Assembly (NCBI GenBank): GCA_039809265.1
Contig: JBDHUR010000002.1
Coordinates: 15,461-79,460, forward strand
DNA: 64,000 nt
Origin: Minisyncoccia bacterium
Lineage (GTDB): Bacteria; Patescibacteriota; Minisyncoccia; Phycocordibacterales; UBA9973
Direction of reading: 5' to 3'
Shown: piece after piece, positions 1-9,027 of the stretch
How positions within the stretch are numbered: position 1 is the stretch's first letter
How the letters are laid out: each line of letters begins with the position of its first letter
Position numbers and translations under genes: made by a program
Notes under the pieces: model-generated
The model's database searches: none
Seen by the model: only the letters and a program-made list of their open reading frames with translations
What the model was told of the DNA's origin: nothing

Positions 1-1090
1 TGTAGACGGGGTATTACAAGATGCAGGTAAAATACCAAAAGAGCATTATGGCACCATTACCAATCGCATAAAAGTGGAAAGTCGCCTAAGGATAGATGAA
101 CATTTGGCTACGCAGGATGGATCTATGAGGTACGAGAAGGATGGCGTAGTGGTAGACTTACGTACTTCTATCGTGCCTACTGTAGAAGGGGAGAAAATAG
201 TTTTGCGTTTACTTTCCTCCTATATAGAAGGTCTAAATCTTGCTGAACTTGGTCTGTCTACTGTAAATCAAAAGATGCTTGAGACAGCAGCACAAAAGCC
301 GTTCGGGATGATTTTGGTCACCGGTCCCACAGGCTCTGGTAAAACGACCACCCTCTATTCTTTGCTTAAAATCTTGAATACTCCCTATACAAACATTACA
401 ACCATAGAAGATCCGGTAGAGTACAAAATTGCCGGTATAAACCAAATACAAGTAAATCCAGCAACCGACCTGACATTTGCTAGGGGTCTTCGTTCGATTG
501 TGCGGCAAGATCCGGACATAATACTTGTGGGAGAAATCCGTGACCAGGAAACGGTAGACATTTCTGTAAACGCTGCTTTGACCGGGCATTTACTCTTGTC
601 TACTTTCCACGCCAACAATGCTGCGACTGCTGTGCCGCGACTTCTGACAATGGGTGCCGAGCCGTTTCTGCTGTCTTCTACTATAGAGCTGGTCATAGCT
701 CAGCGTTTAGTACGCAAGATCTGCAATGCTTGCCGCTACAGCGTAACAAAATTGCCAAAAGATATGCCAAGCACAAATGTCGTAGAGAAATATATCGGCA
801 AGAAATTTACAATATACAAAGGCAAGGGCTGCAACATCTGCGGAGGCACTGGATACAAAGGCCGAACAGCAATTTTTGAATTTATAACTATGACCCAGGA
901 GATGAAGGATTTGGTCTTGAAATCTCCGTCTACTCAGGAAGTTTGGGCGCTTGCCGAGAAACAAGGCTCAAAGTCTCTTTTTGAAGATGGTATAGAGAAA
1001 GTAAAAAATGGCGTTACGACAATAGAAGAACTTTTGCGTGTGGCAGAGCCTATAGAAGACTCTGTAAGTAGAAGAAAAAAAACTAAATGA
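1..1090 (+). CDS. pilB: Type II/IV secretion ATPase (PilB/GspE family), 5'-truncated by the window edge
   Basis: Frame is open from nt 2 with no stop (the ORF track's 'start' at 74 is an internal GTG). It has a Walker A motif (GPTGSGKTTT), a GEIRD Walker B-like segment and a C-terminal tetracysteine CxxC...CxxC, which is the typical GspE/PilB C-terminal layout. Confidence 0.85.
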   Translation, partial: VDGVLQDAGKIPKEHYGTITNRIKVESRLRIDEHLATQDGSMRYEKDGVVVDLRTSIVPTVEGEKIVLRLLSSYIEGLNLAELGLSTVNQKMLETAAQKPFGMILVTGPTGSGKTTTLYSLLKILNTPYTNITTIEDPVEYKIAGINQIQVNPATDLTFARGLRSIVRQDPDIILVGEIRDQETVDISVNAALTGHLLLSTFHANNAATAVPRLLTMGAEPFLLSSTIELVIAQRLVRKICNACRYSVTKLPKDMPSTNVVEKYIGKKFTIYKGKGCNICGGTGYKGRTAIFEFITMTQEMKDLVLKSPSTQEVWALAEKQGSKSLFEDGIEKVKNGVTTIEELLRVAEPIEDSVSRRKKTK

Positions 1091-2190
1091 AAAAAGATGC
1101 CAAACAAAACAAGAATGACAAAATATCTTTCTCTCATTTCGGTATAGGTTCCGACAAGGATTTTTTTATTGAAAACTTGGGTTCATTGGCTGGGTCTGGC
1201 ATGAGTGTCTCGGATGCTTTGGCGACGCTTGAACACGATGCAAAAAGCTCTGCCATGAAAAAAATACTTGCTTTCGTGCGGGAGGAAGTAGATGCTGGTT
1301 CAAAACTTTCTGATGCCTTAGCTAAAACAGAACTTTTCCCAGACCATGTTGTGTCTCTCATAAATATAGGAGAGTCTTCCGGCAAGCTGGCAGAAAACTT
1401 GAAGGTGGCAGGACTAGAAGAAGCCAAGAATAGGGTTTTTCGCTCCAAGATCCGTTCCGCTATGGTGTATCCAGTTTTTGTGCTTGGGCTGGCAGCTGTT
1501 ATTGGTATCGGAATATCTTGGTTTATTTTGCCGAAGCTGGCAAGCATATTTTCACAGCTTCATTTGAAGCTTCCATTTTTGACTAAACTTTTGATATCCG
1601 CGGGGGAATTTTTGAAAGTCCACGGGTCAGTGTTTGTGCCGCTGGCTATTTTGGCTGTTGTTTTATTTTTTTATTTTGTATTCTTTTTTCGCAAAACGAA
1701 ATTCATTGGTCAGTACATACTTTTTTGTCTGCCAGCCATAAAGCGCCTTATACAGGAGGTAGAGCTTTCAAGGTTTGGCTACTTGCTTGGTACTTTGCTT
1801 GACGCCGGCTTACCGGTCACAGATGCGTTATTATGCCTGAAAGATGCTACTACTTTCCCGCATTACAAAAAGCTTTATACGTATCTGGTGTGTAGTATTT
1901 CAGAAGGGAATTCTTTCAGAGACAGTTTTGCTTCATACAAGGGTGTAGAGCGCATAGTACCGACTTCTGTCAAACAGCTTGTATCTACAGCAGAAATGTC
2001 CGGCACTCTCCCAAATACTTTGCTTGAGATCGGAAAAACTTATGAACAAAAGATAGAGACAACAACAAAAGACTTGTCTGTCATATTGGAACCAGTTCTA
2101 CTTGTTATCGTCTGGCTTGGTGTAGTTGGCCTAGCTTTAGCTGTGATCTTGCCTATCTATAGCTTGATAGGCGGACTGCAAACATCGTAA
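1087..2190 (+). CDS. pilC: Type IV pilus assembly platform protein (PilC/GspF family)
   Basis: 367 aa, polytopic, with GspF-like duplicated domains. Its ATG overlaps the pilB stop (ATGA) and the gene sits directly downstream of the ATPase. Confidence 0.85.
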   Translation: MKKDAKQNKNDKISFSHFGIGSDKDFFIENLGSLAGSGMSVSDALATLEHDAKSSAMKKILAFVREEVDAGSKLSDALAKTELFPDHVVSLINIGESSGKLAENLKVAGLEEAKNRVFRSKIRSAMVYPVFVLGLAAVIGIGISWFILPKLASIFSQLHLKLPFLTKLLISAGEFLKVHGSVFVPLAILAVVLFFYFVFFFRKTKFIGQYILFCLPAIKRLIQEVELSRFGYLLGTLLDAGLPVTDALLCLKDATTFPHYKKLYTYLVCSISEGNSFRDSFASYKGVERIVPTSVKQLVSTAEMSGTLPNTLLEIGKTYEQKIETTTKDLSVILEPVLLVIVWLGVVGLALAVILPIYSLIGGLQTS

Positions 2191-2627
2191 TGTCTCGTGG
2201 TTTTACAATGGTGGAGATGCTTTTGTCTATTGCTGTTATTGCTCTTATAACTGCTATCTCCATACCTGTATATCAGCAATTTCAGACAAGGAATAATTTG
2301 GATATTACCACAAGCAACGTAGTGCAAAGTCTGCGCCGAGCCATGATATTTTCCCAGGCTGACAAAGCCGGAGACTGGTGGAGTGTACGCATCTTGCCAG
2401 ACCAAGTTGTGATTTATAAAGGCATCACTTTTGGATTGCGGGATACTTCGTATGACGAGTCTATAGAAATCCCAAAAGGGATAACTCCAAGCGGAATGAA
2501 CAACATAAGTTTTCGGCGTGTTAGCGGAGTTCCTTTCACTACAGATCTTAAGCCAATAGTTCTTACTTCATACAGCAATGAAACCAGGACAATAACAATA
2601 AATGAAAAAGGCACAATATCATATTGA
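2190..2627 (+). CDS. Prepilin-type N-terminal cleavage/methylation domain protein (pseudopilin/minor pilin)
   Basis: N-terminus MSRG|FTMVEMLLSIAVIALI is a class III signal peptide (G-1, E+5, hydrophobic helix). Its start overlaps the pilC stop. Confidence 0.7.
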   Translation: MSRGFTMVEMLLSIAVIALITAISIPVYQQFQTRNNLDITTSNVVQSLRRAMIFSQADKAGDWWSVRILPDQVVIYKGITFGLRDTSYDESIEIPKGITPSGMNNISFRRVSGVPFTTDLKPIVLTSYSNETRTITINEKGTISY

Positions 2628-4017
2628 ATATAAAAAAGGTTTTTCTTTGGTGGAAGCTTTACTTGCTTCAGCGGTTTTTGCGTTGCTTGCTATGGCTGTG
2701 GTTGGGTCGTATTTGTACGGGCAAGAGTCTACCGCACTTTCCGGCAATAGAGCTAAGGCCGTGTATTTAGCGGAAGAAGGATTGGAAGCAGTACGCAATA
2801 TACGCGATGCAGACTTTGCAAATCTTTCTGACGGGACTTTCGGTTTGTCTTCTTCTGCCGACCATTGGTCTTTTTCTGGGTCTTCCGACGCCAATGATAT
2901 TTTTACTCGGAATGTAACTATATCAACCGTAGATCAAAACAGAAAGATGGTTAACTCAACTGTGACCTGGCAGCAAAATGGCCAGCGAAACGGTCGAGTT
3001 TCTTTGGTTACATATCTTACATATTGGCAGAAGCTTGGACTGGGAGATTGGGCGGCACCTTTTCTGGAAGGGTTCTTGGATATACCAGGTACGCAATATT
3101 ACCTAGGAAAACTTCAAGTCTCAGGTAACTATGTATACGCTACAAGAGCTGGTTCGGCTTCACCAAACTTTTTTGTGATAGACGTTTCGGATACTACATC
3201 GCCTACAGTTGTTGGCAGTCTGACAATACCTTCCATACCGATCAATGTCTTTATAGATGGAAACTATGCATATGTTACAAGCTCAAACAGCAGTGCAGAG
3301 CTAAACATTGTAGATATTTCCAATCCATCTGCGCCGTCTATCGTAGCGAGCTTCAATGCCCCAGGGTCCTTATCTGCTCAAGGTGTGTATGTGACGGGTG
3401 GCAAGGCTTACCTTGTAGGGACTGTGAATGCAGGTCAAGGATTTTGTATTGTAGATGTTTCAAACCCGCTTGCGCCCGCACTACTTGGCACTACCGGACT
3501 AAACAGTGCTATGGGTTTTGAAGTTGTGGTTTCTAGTAACTACGCTTATGTTGCCTCAGAACATAATTCTCAGGAGATTCAAGTTATAGATATTACAAAT
3601 CCTGCTGCGCCAATATTTGCTGGCAGTTTAAATTTGCCGACAAATGACGATGCCAAGGCTATATCAATATACGGAGATACTCTATTGGTTGGGCAAGGTT
3701 CAAAATTGCAAGTTGTTTCTGTGGCAAATCCGACCTCGCCTTCTCTGCTGGGTGCTGTTTCAGCTACAAGTGCTATAAATGATATAGCTCTAGATCTGGG
3801 TAATTCCGGCAAGTATGTATTCCTTGGCACAGATGAAAGTGCTTTTGAGTTTAAGATTGCAGATATCACAGACCCAGCCGCGCCAGTTATACTTGGCAAG
3901 TATAATATTACAGGCAATACAAGTATTCGTGGTATAGCTTACGATCCGGATAAAGACAGAGTTTTTGCTGGCGGGTCGGCAACTGCCCAAGAATTTTCTG
4001 TCTTCAAACCTCAATAA
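2602..4017 (+). CDS. Prepilin-domain protein fused to an LVIVD-repeat beta-propeller (putative pilus tip/adhesin subunit)
   Basis: N-terminus MKKAQYHIEYKKG|FSLVEALLASAVFALLA is a prepilin signal. It is followed by at least five ~40-aa repeats of the form YAYVT...L.IVDISNP.AP..VG, which match the LVIVD repeat pattern. Confidence 0.65.
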   Translation: MKKAQYHIEYKKGFSLVEALLASAVFALLAMAVVGSYLYGQESTALSGNRAKAVYLAEEGLEAVRNIRDADFANLSDGTFGLSSSADHWSFSGSSDANDIFTRNVTISTVDQNRKMVNSTVTWQQNGQRNGRVSLVTYLTYWQKLGLGDWAAPFLEGFLDIPGTQYYLGKLQVSGNYVYATRAGSASPNFFVIDVSDTTSPTVVGSLTIPSIPINVFIDGNYAYVTSSNSSAELNIVDISNPSAPSIVASFNAPGSLSAQGVYVTGGKAYLVGTVNAGQGFCIVDVSNPLAPALLGTTGLNSAMGFEVVVSSNYAYVASEHNSQEIQVIDITNPAAPIFAGSLNLPTNDDAKAISIYGDTLLVGQGSKLQVVSVANPTSPSLLGAVSATSAINDIALDLGNSGKYVFLGTDESAFEFKIADITDPAAPVILGKYNITGNTSIRGIAYDPDKDRVFAGGSATAQEFSVFKPQ

Positions 4018-4021
4018 TAAT

Positions 4022-4603
4022 ATGACAAAACAAAGAGCACAATTACAAAAAGGTTTTACATTGGTTGAACTTCTGCTTTATCTTTCATTGACGGCTATCA
4101 TACTTACTGCATCTTCTGTATTCATCCAGTTCGTTTTGGAAGCTAGGATAAAAAATCAGGTCATAAGAGAAGTAGACTCAAATGGTCAGCTAGCAATGGA
4201 ATACATCGCTAGGACTATAGCGAACGCAGAGACAATAGAAATATCTTCACGCAGTGCAGCTATGGCAGTTATGACAGCAGTAGGTTTAGAGGCTACAACT
4301 GTTACACCCGCGGCACAGTTCGACAGCACAGAGTCTTTAACTTTAACAAACTTTCCGCCAACTGTATCTCCTGTAACTTTTAGTCTATCTGAGGGTGTAT
4401 TGCAGGTGCAGGAAGGAGATGATAAGCCAGTTGCGCTTACAAATAACAAAGTTTCAGTAGGCAAATTGAATTTTCAAAACCTTTCCATCAGGGGTACACC
4501 TGGTATTATAAAGATCAGCTTTGTTGTTTCTTATGTAAATCAAACAGGCAGATCGGAGTATTCATTCTCGCGGTCGTTTACAACTTCAGCAGCTTTGCGA
4601 TAA
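4022..4603 (+). CDS. Prepilin-type minor pilin
   Basis: The internal ATG at 4022 gives MTKQRAQLQKG|FTLVELLLYLSLTAIIL, a prepilin signal. The upstream part of the track ORF (3965-) overlaps the preceding gene. Confidence 0.6.
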   Translation: MTKQRAQLQKGFTLVELLLYLSLTAIILTASSVFIQFVLEARIKNQVIREVDSNGQLAMEYIARTIANAETIEISSRSAAMAVMTAVGLEATTVTPAAQFDSTESLTLTNFPPTVSPVTFSLSEGVLQVQEGDDKPVALTNNKVSVGKLNFQNLSIRGTPGIIKISFVVSYVNQTGRSEYSFSRSFTTSAALR

Positions 4604-5043
4604 TGTTAAAAGTTATGCACAATAGACTAAATCCAGAGTTTAACAATCCTTGGTATAATACCGGCAGAGGGTACGTGACTTTGCTCTCTGTTATCATTGT
4701 TGGCGCAGTGGCCATAGCTGTGACAGTTTCCATACTTTTGACTGGTACTATCACAACACAAAACAGCCTTATGTTCATTCAGTCAAACCAAGCACAAGCC
4801 TTGTCGCACGCATGTGCTGAGGAAGGTTTGCAGAAAATACGCGAGCAGACATATTTCTCTGGTACAGGTGGACTCACTTTTGGATCAGGAACTTGTACTT
4901 ATAATGTAGTCAATCTGGGTGGTACAGACAGAAATATAGTCACGGAAGGCAAAGTCGGTGATGTAGTAAGGAGGGAATTTGTAAACATTACAAATATAAA
5001 TCCCACGATAGACGTCGTGTCGTGGCAAGAAGTCGAAAGTTAA
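4603..5043 (+). CDS. PilX-like / non-canonical minor pilin (hypothetical)
   Basis: It has an N-terminal hydrophobic helix after G (G|YVTLLSVIIVGAVAIAV) but lacks Glu+5. Its position is within the pilin gene run. Confidence 0.4.
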   Translation: MLKVMHNRLNPEFNNPWYNTGRGYVTLLSVIIVGAVAIAVTVSILLTGTITTQNSLMFIQSNQAQALSHACAEEGLQKIREQTYFSGTGGLTFGSGTCTYNVVNLGGTDRNIVTEGKVGDVVRREFVNITNINPTIDVVSWQEVES

Positions 5044-5058
5044 TTTTATAAATTTTTT

Positions 5059-5493
5059 ATGAATAAAAAAAAAGGTTTTACTCTTATAGAAATTTTGCTG
5101 GTGGTTGCAGCCATCGCTATCTTGGCGGGAATTGTGATTATAGCTATCAATCCACAGAAGCAGCTGGGCGACACTAGGAACACACAGCGTCGTGCGGATG
5201 TGAACACTATCTTGAATGCAGTTTATCAGTACACTATAGACAACAATATTTTGCCTGCAAACATTTCTACATCAGAGATGGAAATTTGCAAGACAGTAAA
5301 CACATCTTGCTCTGGGCTTGTAGACCTTTCGGTTCTTACAACCAATGAAAAGTATTTGACTGCTATACCATCTGACCCAAATGCCACAAACCCAAATGGT
5401 GTTGGGTACAGGATTGTGAAAACCGTAAATGGACGCATAACTGTTTCTGCTCCAAATGCTGAAAACGGCGCAACTATAACAGTGACAAGATAA
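5059..5493 (+). CDS. Type IV pilin (candidate major pilin)
   Basis: N-terminus MNKKKG|FTLIEILLVVAAIAILAGIV is a canonical prepilin leader and N-terminal helix. It is 144 aa with a Cys pair near the C-terminus. Confidence 0.7.
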   Translation: MNKKKGFTLIEILLVVAAIAILAGIVIIAINPQKQLGDTRNTQRRADVNTILNAVYQYTIDNNILPANISTSEMEICKTVNTSCSGLVDLSVLTTNEKYLTAIPSDPNATNPNGVGYRIVKTVNGRITVSAPNAENGATITVTR

Positions 5494-5504
5494 TTAGATT
5501 TTAT

Positions 5505-6695
5505 ATGGACAGCGAGCACGGCAGGAAAATTGAAGATCTTGCGAGCCGTGTGCAAACTCTGGAGGAATCTCTAGCTCGCGAAGAACGCAAGACAAATGTG
5601 ATTTTCTCTTCTATGACAGAAGGGCTTGTTGGCGTGGATGCCGAGTACAATGTAGTGCTTATGAACCAGGCTGCTTCTATCATGCTTCGCGTTGCCGAGG
5701 GCGATGCAAAGGGCAAGTCTGTCTTTGATGTGATGCCGCTTTATAAGAATGGACAAATGCTTGCCAAAGAAGAGTCCCCTATATATCAAGCTCTCTCTGG
5801 GCAGACCATAGTGCGATTGTACCCGTATAATAATATTTCTATAAAAGAAAAAGATGCTCTGAAAAATGAATTACCTGTAGTTCTTTCAGCTACATCTTTT
5901 CTTGGGCGTGATGCTACGCTCGGTATTGCTGGTATTGTAATGTTTCGCAACATCTCCGGCGAAAAAGCCGTGGATAGGGCAAAGACTGAATTTGTCTCAT
6001 TGGCGGCACACCAGCTGCGGACACCTTTGTCTACCATTGGCTGGTACGCAGAAATGCTTTTAGACGGAGACGCGGGGGAAATAAATGAAGATCAGAAATC
6101 TTATATTTCACAGATCTATGAGAGCAACAAGCGCATGGTGGCGTTGGTGAACGATCTTCTGAATGTTTCTCGCGTAGACTTGGGTACTTTCCAAGTAAAC
6201 CCAGTGCCGACAGATTTTAAGGATATTGTGGAAAGTTTGGAAACAGAACTACGGCAGAGTATAGAAGCGAAAAAGCAAAAGTTTGTGAAGAAGATAGATG
6301 CGAGTTTGCCTGTTATCTCTGCGGATCCGACACTTTCCCGCATGGTTATCCAAAACTTGCTGACAAATGCCATAAAGTATACTCCAGATAATGGCGTGAT
6401 AGAGGTAGAACTTTCTGTAGAAAATGCAGATTTGGTGATAAAAGTGAAGGACAACGGATATGGTATTCCAGACGCGGATCAAGGCAAAATGTTTACCAAA
6501 CTTTACCGTGCAAGCAATGTAATAGATAAAGTTACAGATGGCAACGGGCTTGGCCTGTATGTGATAAAAAACATTGTAGAGCAGTCTGGCGGCACAATAT
6601 CTTTTGAATCAAAAGAAAACCAGGGCACAACTTTTACTGTGACTATACCTCTCTCTGGCATGAAAGCTAAAGATGGATCAAAACCACTGACTTGA
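5505..6695 (+). CDS. Sensor histidine kinase (PAS + HisKA + HATPase_c), cytoplasmic, no adjacent response regulator
   Basis: It has the H-box LAAHQLRTPLSTI, the N-box NLLTNAIKYT and the G-boxes DNGYGIP / GNGLGL. No TM segment was noticed. Confidence 0.85.
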   Translation: MDSEHGRKIEDLASRVQTLEESLAREERKTNVIFSSMTEGLVGVDAEYNVVLMNQAASIMLRVAEGDAKGKSVFDVMPLYKNGQMLAKEESPIYQALSGQTIVRLYPYNNISIKEKDALKNELPVVLSATSFLGRDATLGIAGIVMFRNISGEKAVDRAKTEFVSLAAHQLRTPLSTIGWYAEMLLDGDAGEINEDQKSYISQIYESNKRMVALVNDLLNVSRVDLGTFQVNPVPTDFKDIVESLETELRQSIEAKKQKFVKKIDASLPVISADPTLSRMVIQNLLTNAIKYTPDNGVIEVELSVENADLVIKVKDNGYGIPDADQGKMFTKLYRASNVIDKVTDGNGLGLYVIKNIVEQSGGTISFESKENQGTTFTVTIPLSGMKAKDGSKPLT

Positions 6696-6719
6696 AATAT
6701 ATTAAAAAATAAACACTAC

Positions 6720-6786
6720 AAAATCCCCCCGCCAAAAGTAAACTTTTGGCGGGGGGATTTTGTATCCCAAAGTTTTCCACTTGCCA
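6720..6786 (+). terminator. Intrinsic terminator hairpin (17-bp stem, C/G-rich) with a conserved 3' tail; copy A of a repeated element
   Basis: The sequence aaaatcccccc gccaaaagt aaac ttttggcgggggg atttt is followed by gtatcccaaagttttccacttgcca. It is near-identical to 29807..29872. Confidence 0.7.
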
Positions 6787-6795
6787 TCCGCTGGG

Positions 6796-6808
6796 GGGGG
6801 GGGGGTAC
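6796..6808 (+). repeat. Homopolymeric G13 tract in the intergenic region upstream of the 6854 gene
   Basis: 13 consecutive G residues were counted at 6796-6808, seen directly in the sequence. Confidence 0.9.
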
Positions 6809-6853
6809 ACTTAGGTTGTGTCTTTGTTTAATTATCATTTTAATAATTTTGTT

Positions 6854-7264
6854 ATGGAAAACAATAATAATAAAAAGAGTAGCAATAGTAGTTTACTTAT
6901 TGCAGTGCTATGTTTAATAATAGGTCTTCTAGTGGGTACATTCTTCCTGCCTGGCAAGATTAATGTTACTGACCAACAAGGAGCAGCATTGGAGTCAAAA
7001 CAGGCAGATACGTTGTTTGGTTCTTATGACTCAAAAGTTGATTCAAAAAAATATGAACTCAATCTTGAACAGAGCGAGAAATTAAACAATACTTTATCTG
7101 ATGTATTTTTAAAATTTGCTAAAGATAACAATCTTTTTGAAATTACTAGCGACCCTCTCGAATGGAAATATATGTGTTTTATTTTTGGTAATGGTGGTCC
7201 AAATTTTGTTTACTACTCAAATACTTATCTTGCCGGAAATTGTGTCCATATAAGTTATTATTAA
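6854..7264 (+). CDS. Hypothetical membrane-anchored/secreted protein in an AT-rich region
   Basis: The first ATG of the track ORF (whose listed start is a GTG at 6818) gives MENNNNKKSS followed by a TM helix. No recognisable domain was found, and the region is AT-rich. Confidence 0.4.
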   Translation: MENNNNKKSSNSSLLIAVLCLIIGLLVGTFFLPGKINVTDQQGAALESKQADTLFGSYDSKVDSKKYELNLEQSEKLNNTLSDVFLKFAKDNNLFEITSDPLEWKYMCFIFGNGGPNFVYYSNTYLAGNCVHISYY

Positions 7265-7323
7265 AATAGAACCTCATTTTAACAGGGTTTTATTTTAAAG
7301 TATTTTTATGTTACCATGTCTTC

Positions 7324-7605
7324 ATGACTATGGAAGATGTAAACAAGCTATCTAGTTTGGCAAGGATAGAGATGTCAAACGAAGAAAAGGCTGAATTCCT
7401 TGAGAACATGCAGTCTATTTTGGGCTATGTAGATCAGATAAAAAATGCTGATATTGACGGAGTGGATAGGGAAGTTGGGACTGTCAGGAATGTCTTGCGT
7501 GAAGATGGAAATATAAATCAAAGAGGTGCATATACAGAGAAGATTTTGGCGCAGATGCCAGAGACAGAAAATGGATTTTTGAAAGTAAAACAGATCTTGT
7601 CATGA
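7324..7605 (+). CDS. gatC: Asp/Glu-tRNA amidotransferase subunit C
   Basis: It is 93 aa with GatC-like sequence (LARIEMSNEEKAEF...VD) and overlaps the downstream amidase gene. Confidence 0.8.
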   Translation: MTMEDVNKLSSLARIEMSNEEKAEFLENMQSILGYVDQIKNADIDGVDREVGTVRNVLREDGNINQRGAYTEKILAQMPETENGFLKVKQILS

Positions 7606-9020
7606 TAAATCTTTCTGATCTCACAATAGAAAAAGCACAAAAGTCTTTGGTCTCTGGCGAATATACTGCTCGCGAGCTGGCACAAGCATACTTAGGTGCG
7701 ATAAAAGAGAAAAATATTGACATAAATGCATACCTTGAAGTTTTTGACGATGTTTTGGCTCAGGCAGATATTGCTGATTTGCGTATCAAATCTGGCAATG
7801 CCACAGAGCTCACGGGCATCCCTTTTGCGATAAAAGACAACATCTTGATAGAAGGCAAACACGCTAGTGCTTCTTCTAAAATGCTAGAGAACTATGTTGC
7901 AACTTACGATGCTTCTGTCATCAAACTTTTGAAGGATGCCGGCGCTGTATTTCTGGGTAGGACAAATATGGATGAGTTTGCCATGGGCTCTTCTACTCAG
8001 ACTTCTGCGTTTGGTATTACGAAAAATCCCGTAGATACTTCTCGTGTCCCAGGAGGTTCTTCAGGCGGTTCAGCAGCGGCTGTTGCAGGAGGTATGGCGC
8101 TAGTTGCTCTTGGTACAGAAACTTGTGGATCAGTACGCCAGCCGGCGGCATTTTGCGGGCTTGTTGGGCTGAAGCCGACATACGGTGCACTTTCTAGAAA
8201 TGGTTTGATCGCTATGGGCAACTCGCTGGACCAGCCTGCGCCTTTTTCTAAAACAGTTTCTGAAAGCGAAATTATTTTCAAAGTGCTTGCGAAACATGAT
8301 CCGCAGGATTCAACTTCTGTGCCAGAGGATTTGCGTTTGGTAAATACCGGTAATAAAGACGGGAAAAAGATCGGTGTGCCGCGCAGTTTCTTGAAGCAAG
8401 GCTTGGATAAAGAAGTGGAAGCAAACTTCAATAGTTCTCTAGAGAAGTTGAAAAGCATCGGGTATGAGATAGTAGACCTAGAAATGCCAGACTTAGATTA
8501 TTCTTTAGCTGTGTACTATATCATCATGCCGGCAGAAGTTTCCACAAATCTCTCCCGCTTTGACGGCATACGATACGGGTATCATGCAGATGGTAAAAAT
8601 TTGCTAGAAGTGTATATGAAGAGTCGCGGTACCGGCTTTGGCAAGGAAGCTAGGCGCAGAATACTTCTAGGTACATATGTACTTTCCCATGGATACTATG
8701 ATGCATACTACAACAAGGCTGTTTTACTTCGCGACAAGATTGCTCGGCAAATATCTGAAGCGTTCAAAAAAGTGGACTACATACTTACGCCAACAGTTCC
8801 TTCGCCGGCATTCAAGATTGGCGAGAAGATGGATGACCCAGTAGCCATGTACTTGTGCGATATTTTTTCTGCACCAGCAAACTTGGCTGGAGTTCCGTCT
8901 ATAGCAGTGCCGTCTGGCAATACAAATACCGGACTTCCAATGTCCATCCAGTTTATGGCTCCGCATTTCAGGGAAGATTCACTCTTTGAAGTTGGAAAGG
9001 CTTTTGAAAATGTGAGATAA
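7602..9020 (+). CDS. gatA: Glu-tRNA(Gln)/Asp-tRNA(Asn) amidotransferase subunit A (amidase signature family)
   Basis: It carries the amidase signature GGSSGGSAAAVA and a catalytic Ser-cisSer-Lys context. It is 472 aa. Confidence 0.9.
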   Translation: MINLSDLTIEKAQKSLVSGEYTARELAQAYLGAIKEKNIDINAYLEVFDDVLAQADIADLRIKSGNATELTGIPFAIKDNILIEGKHASASSKMLENYVATYDASVIKLLKDAGAVFLGRTNMDEFAMGSSTQTSAFGITKNPVDTSRVPGGSSGGSAAAVAGGMALVALGTETCGSVRQPAAFCGLVGLKPTYGALSRNGLIAMGNSLDQPAPFSKTVSESEIIFKVLAKHDPQDSTSVPEDLRLVNTGNKDGKKIGVPRSFLKQGLDKEVEANFNSSLEKLKSIGYEIVDLEMPDLDYSLAVYYIIMPAEVSTNLSRFDGIRYGYHADGKNLLEVYMKSRGTGFGKEARRRILLGTYVLSHGYYDAYYNKAVLLRDKIARQISEAFKKVDYILTPTVPSPAFKIGEKMDDPVAMYLCDIFSAPANLAGVPSIAVPSGNTNTGLPMSIQFMAPHFREDSLFEVGKAFENVR

Positions 9021-9027
9021 TGAAAGT

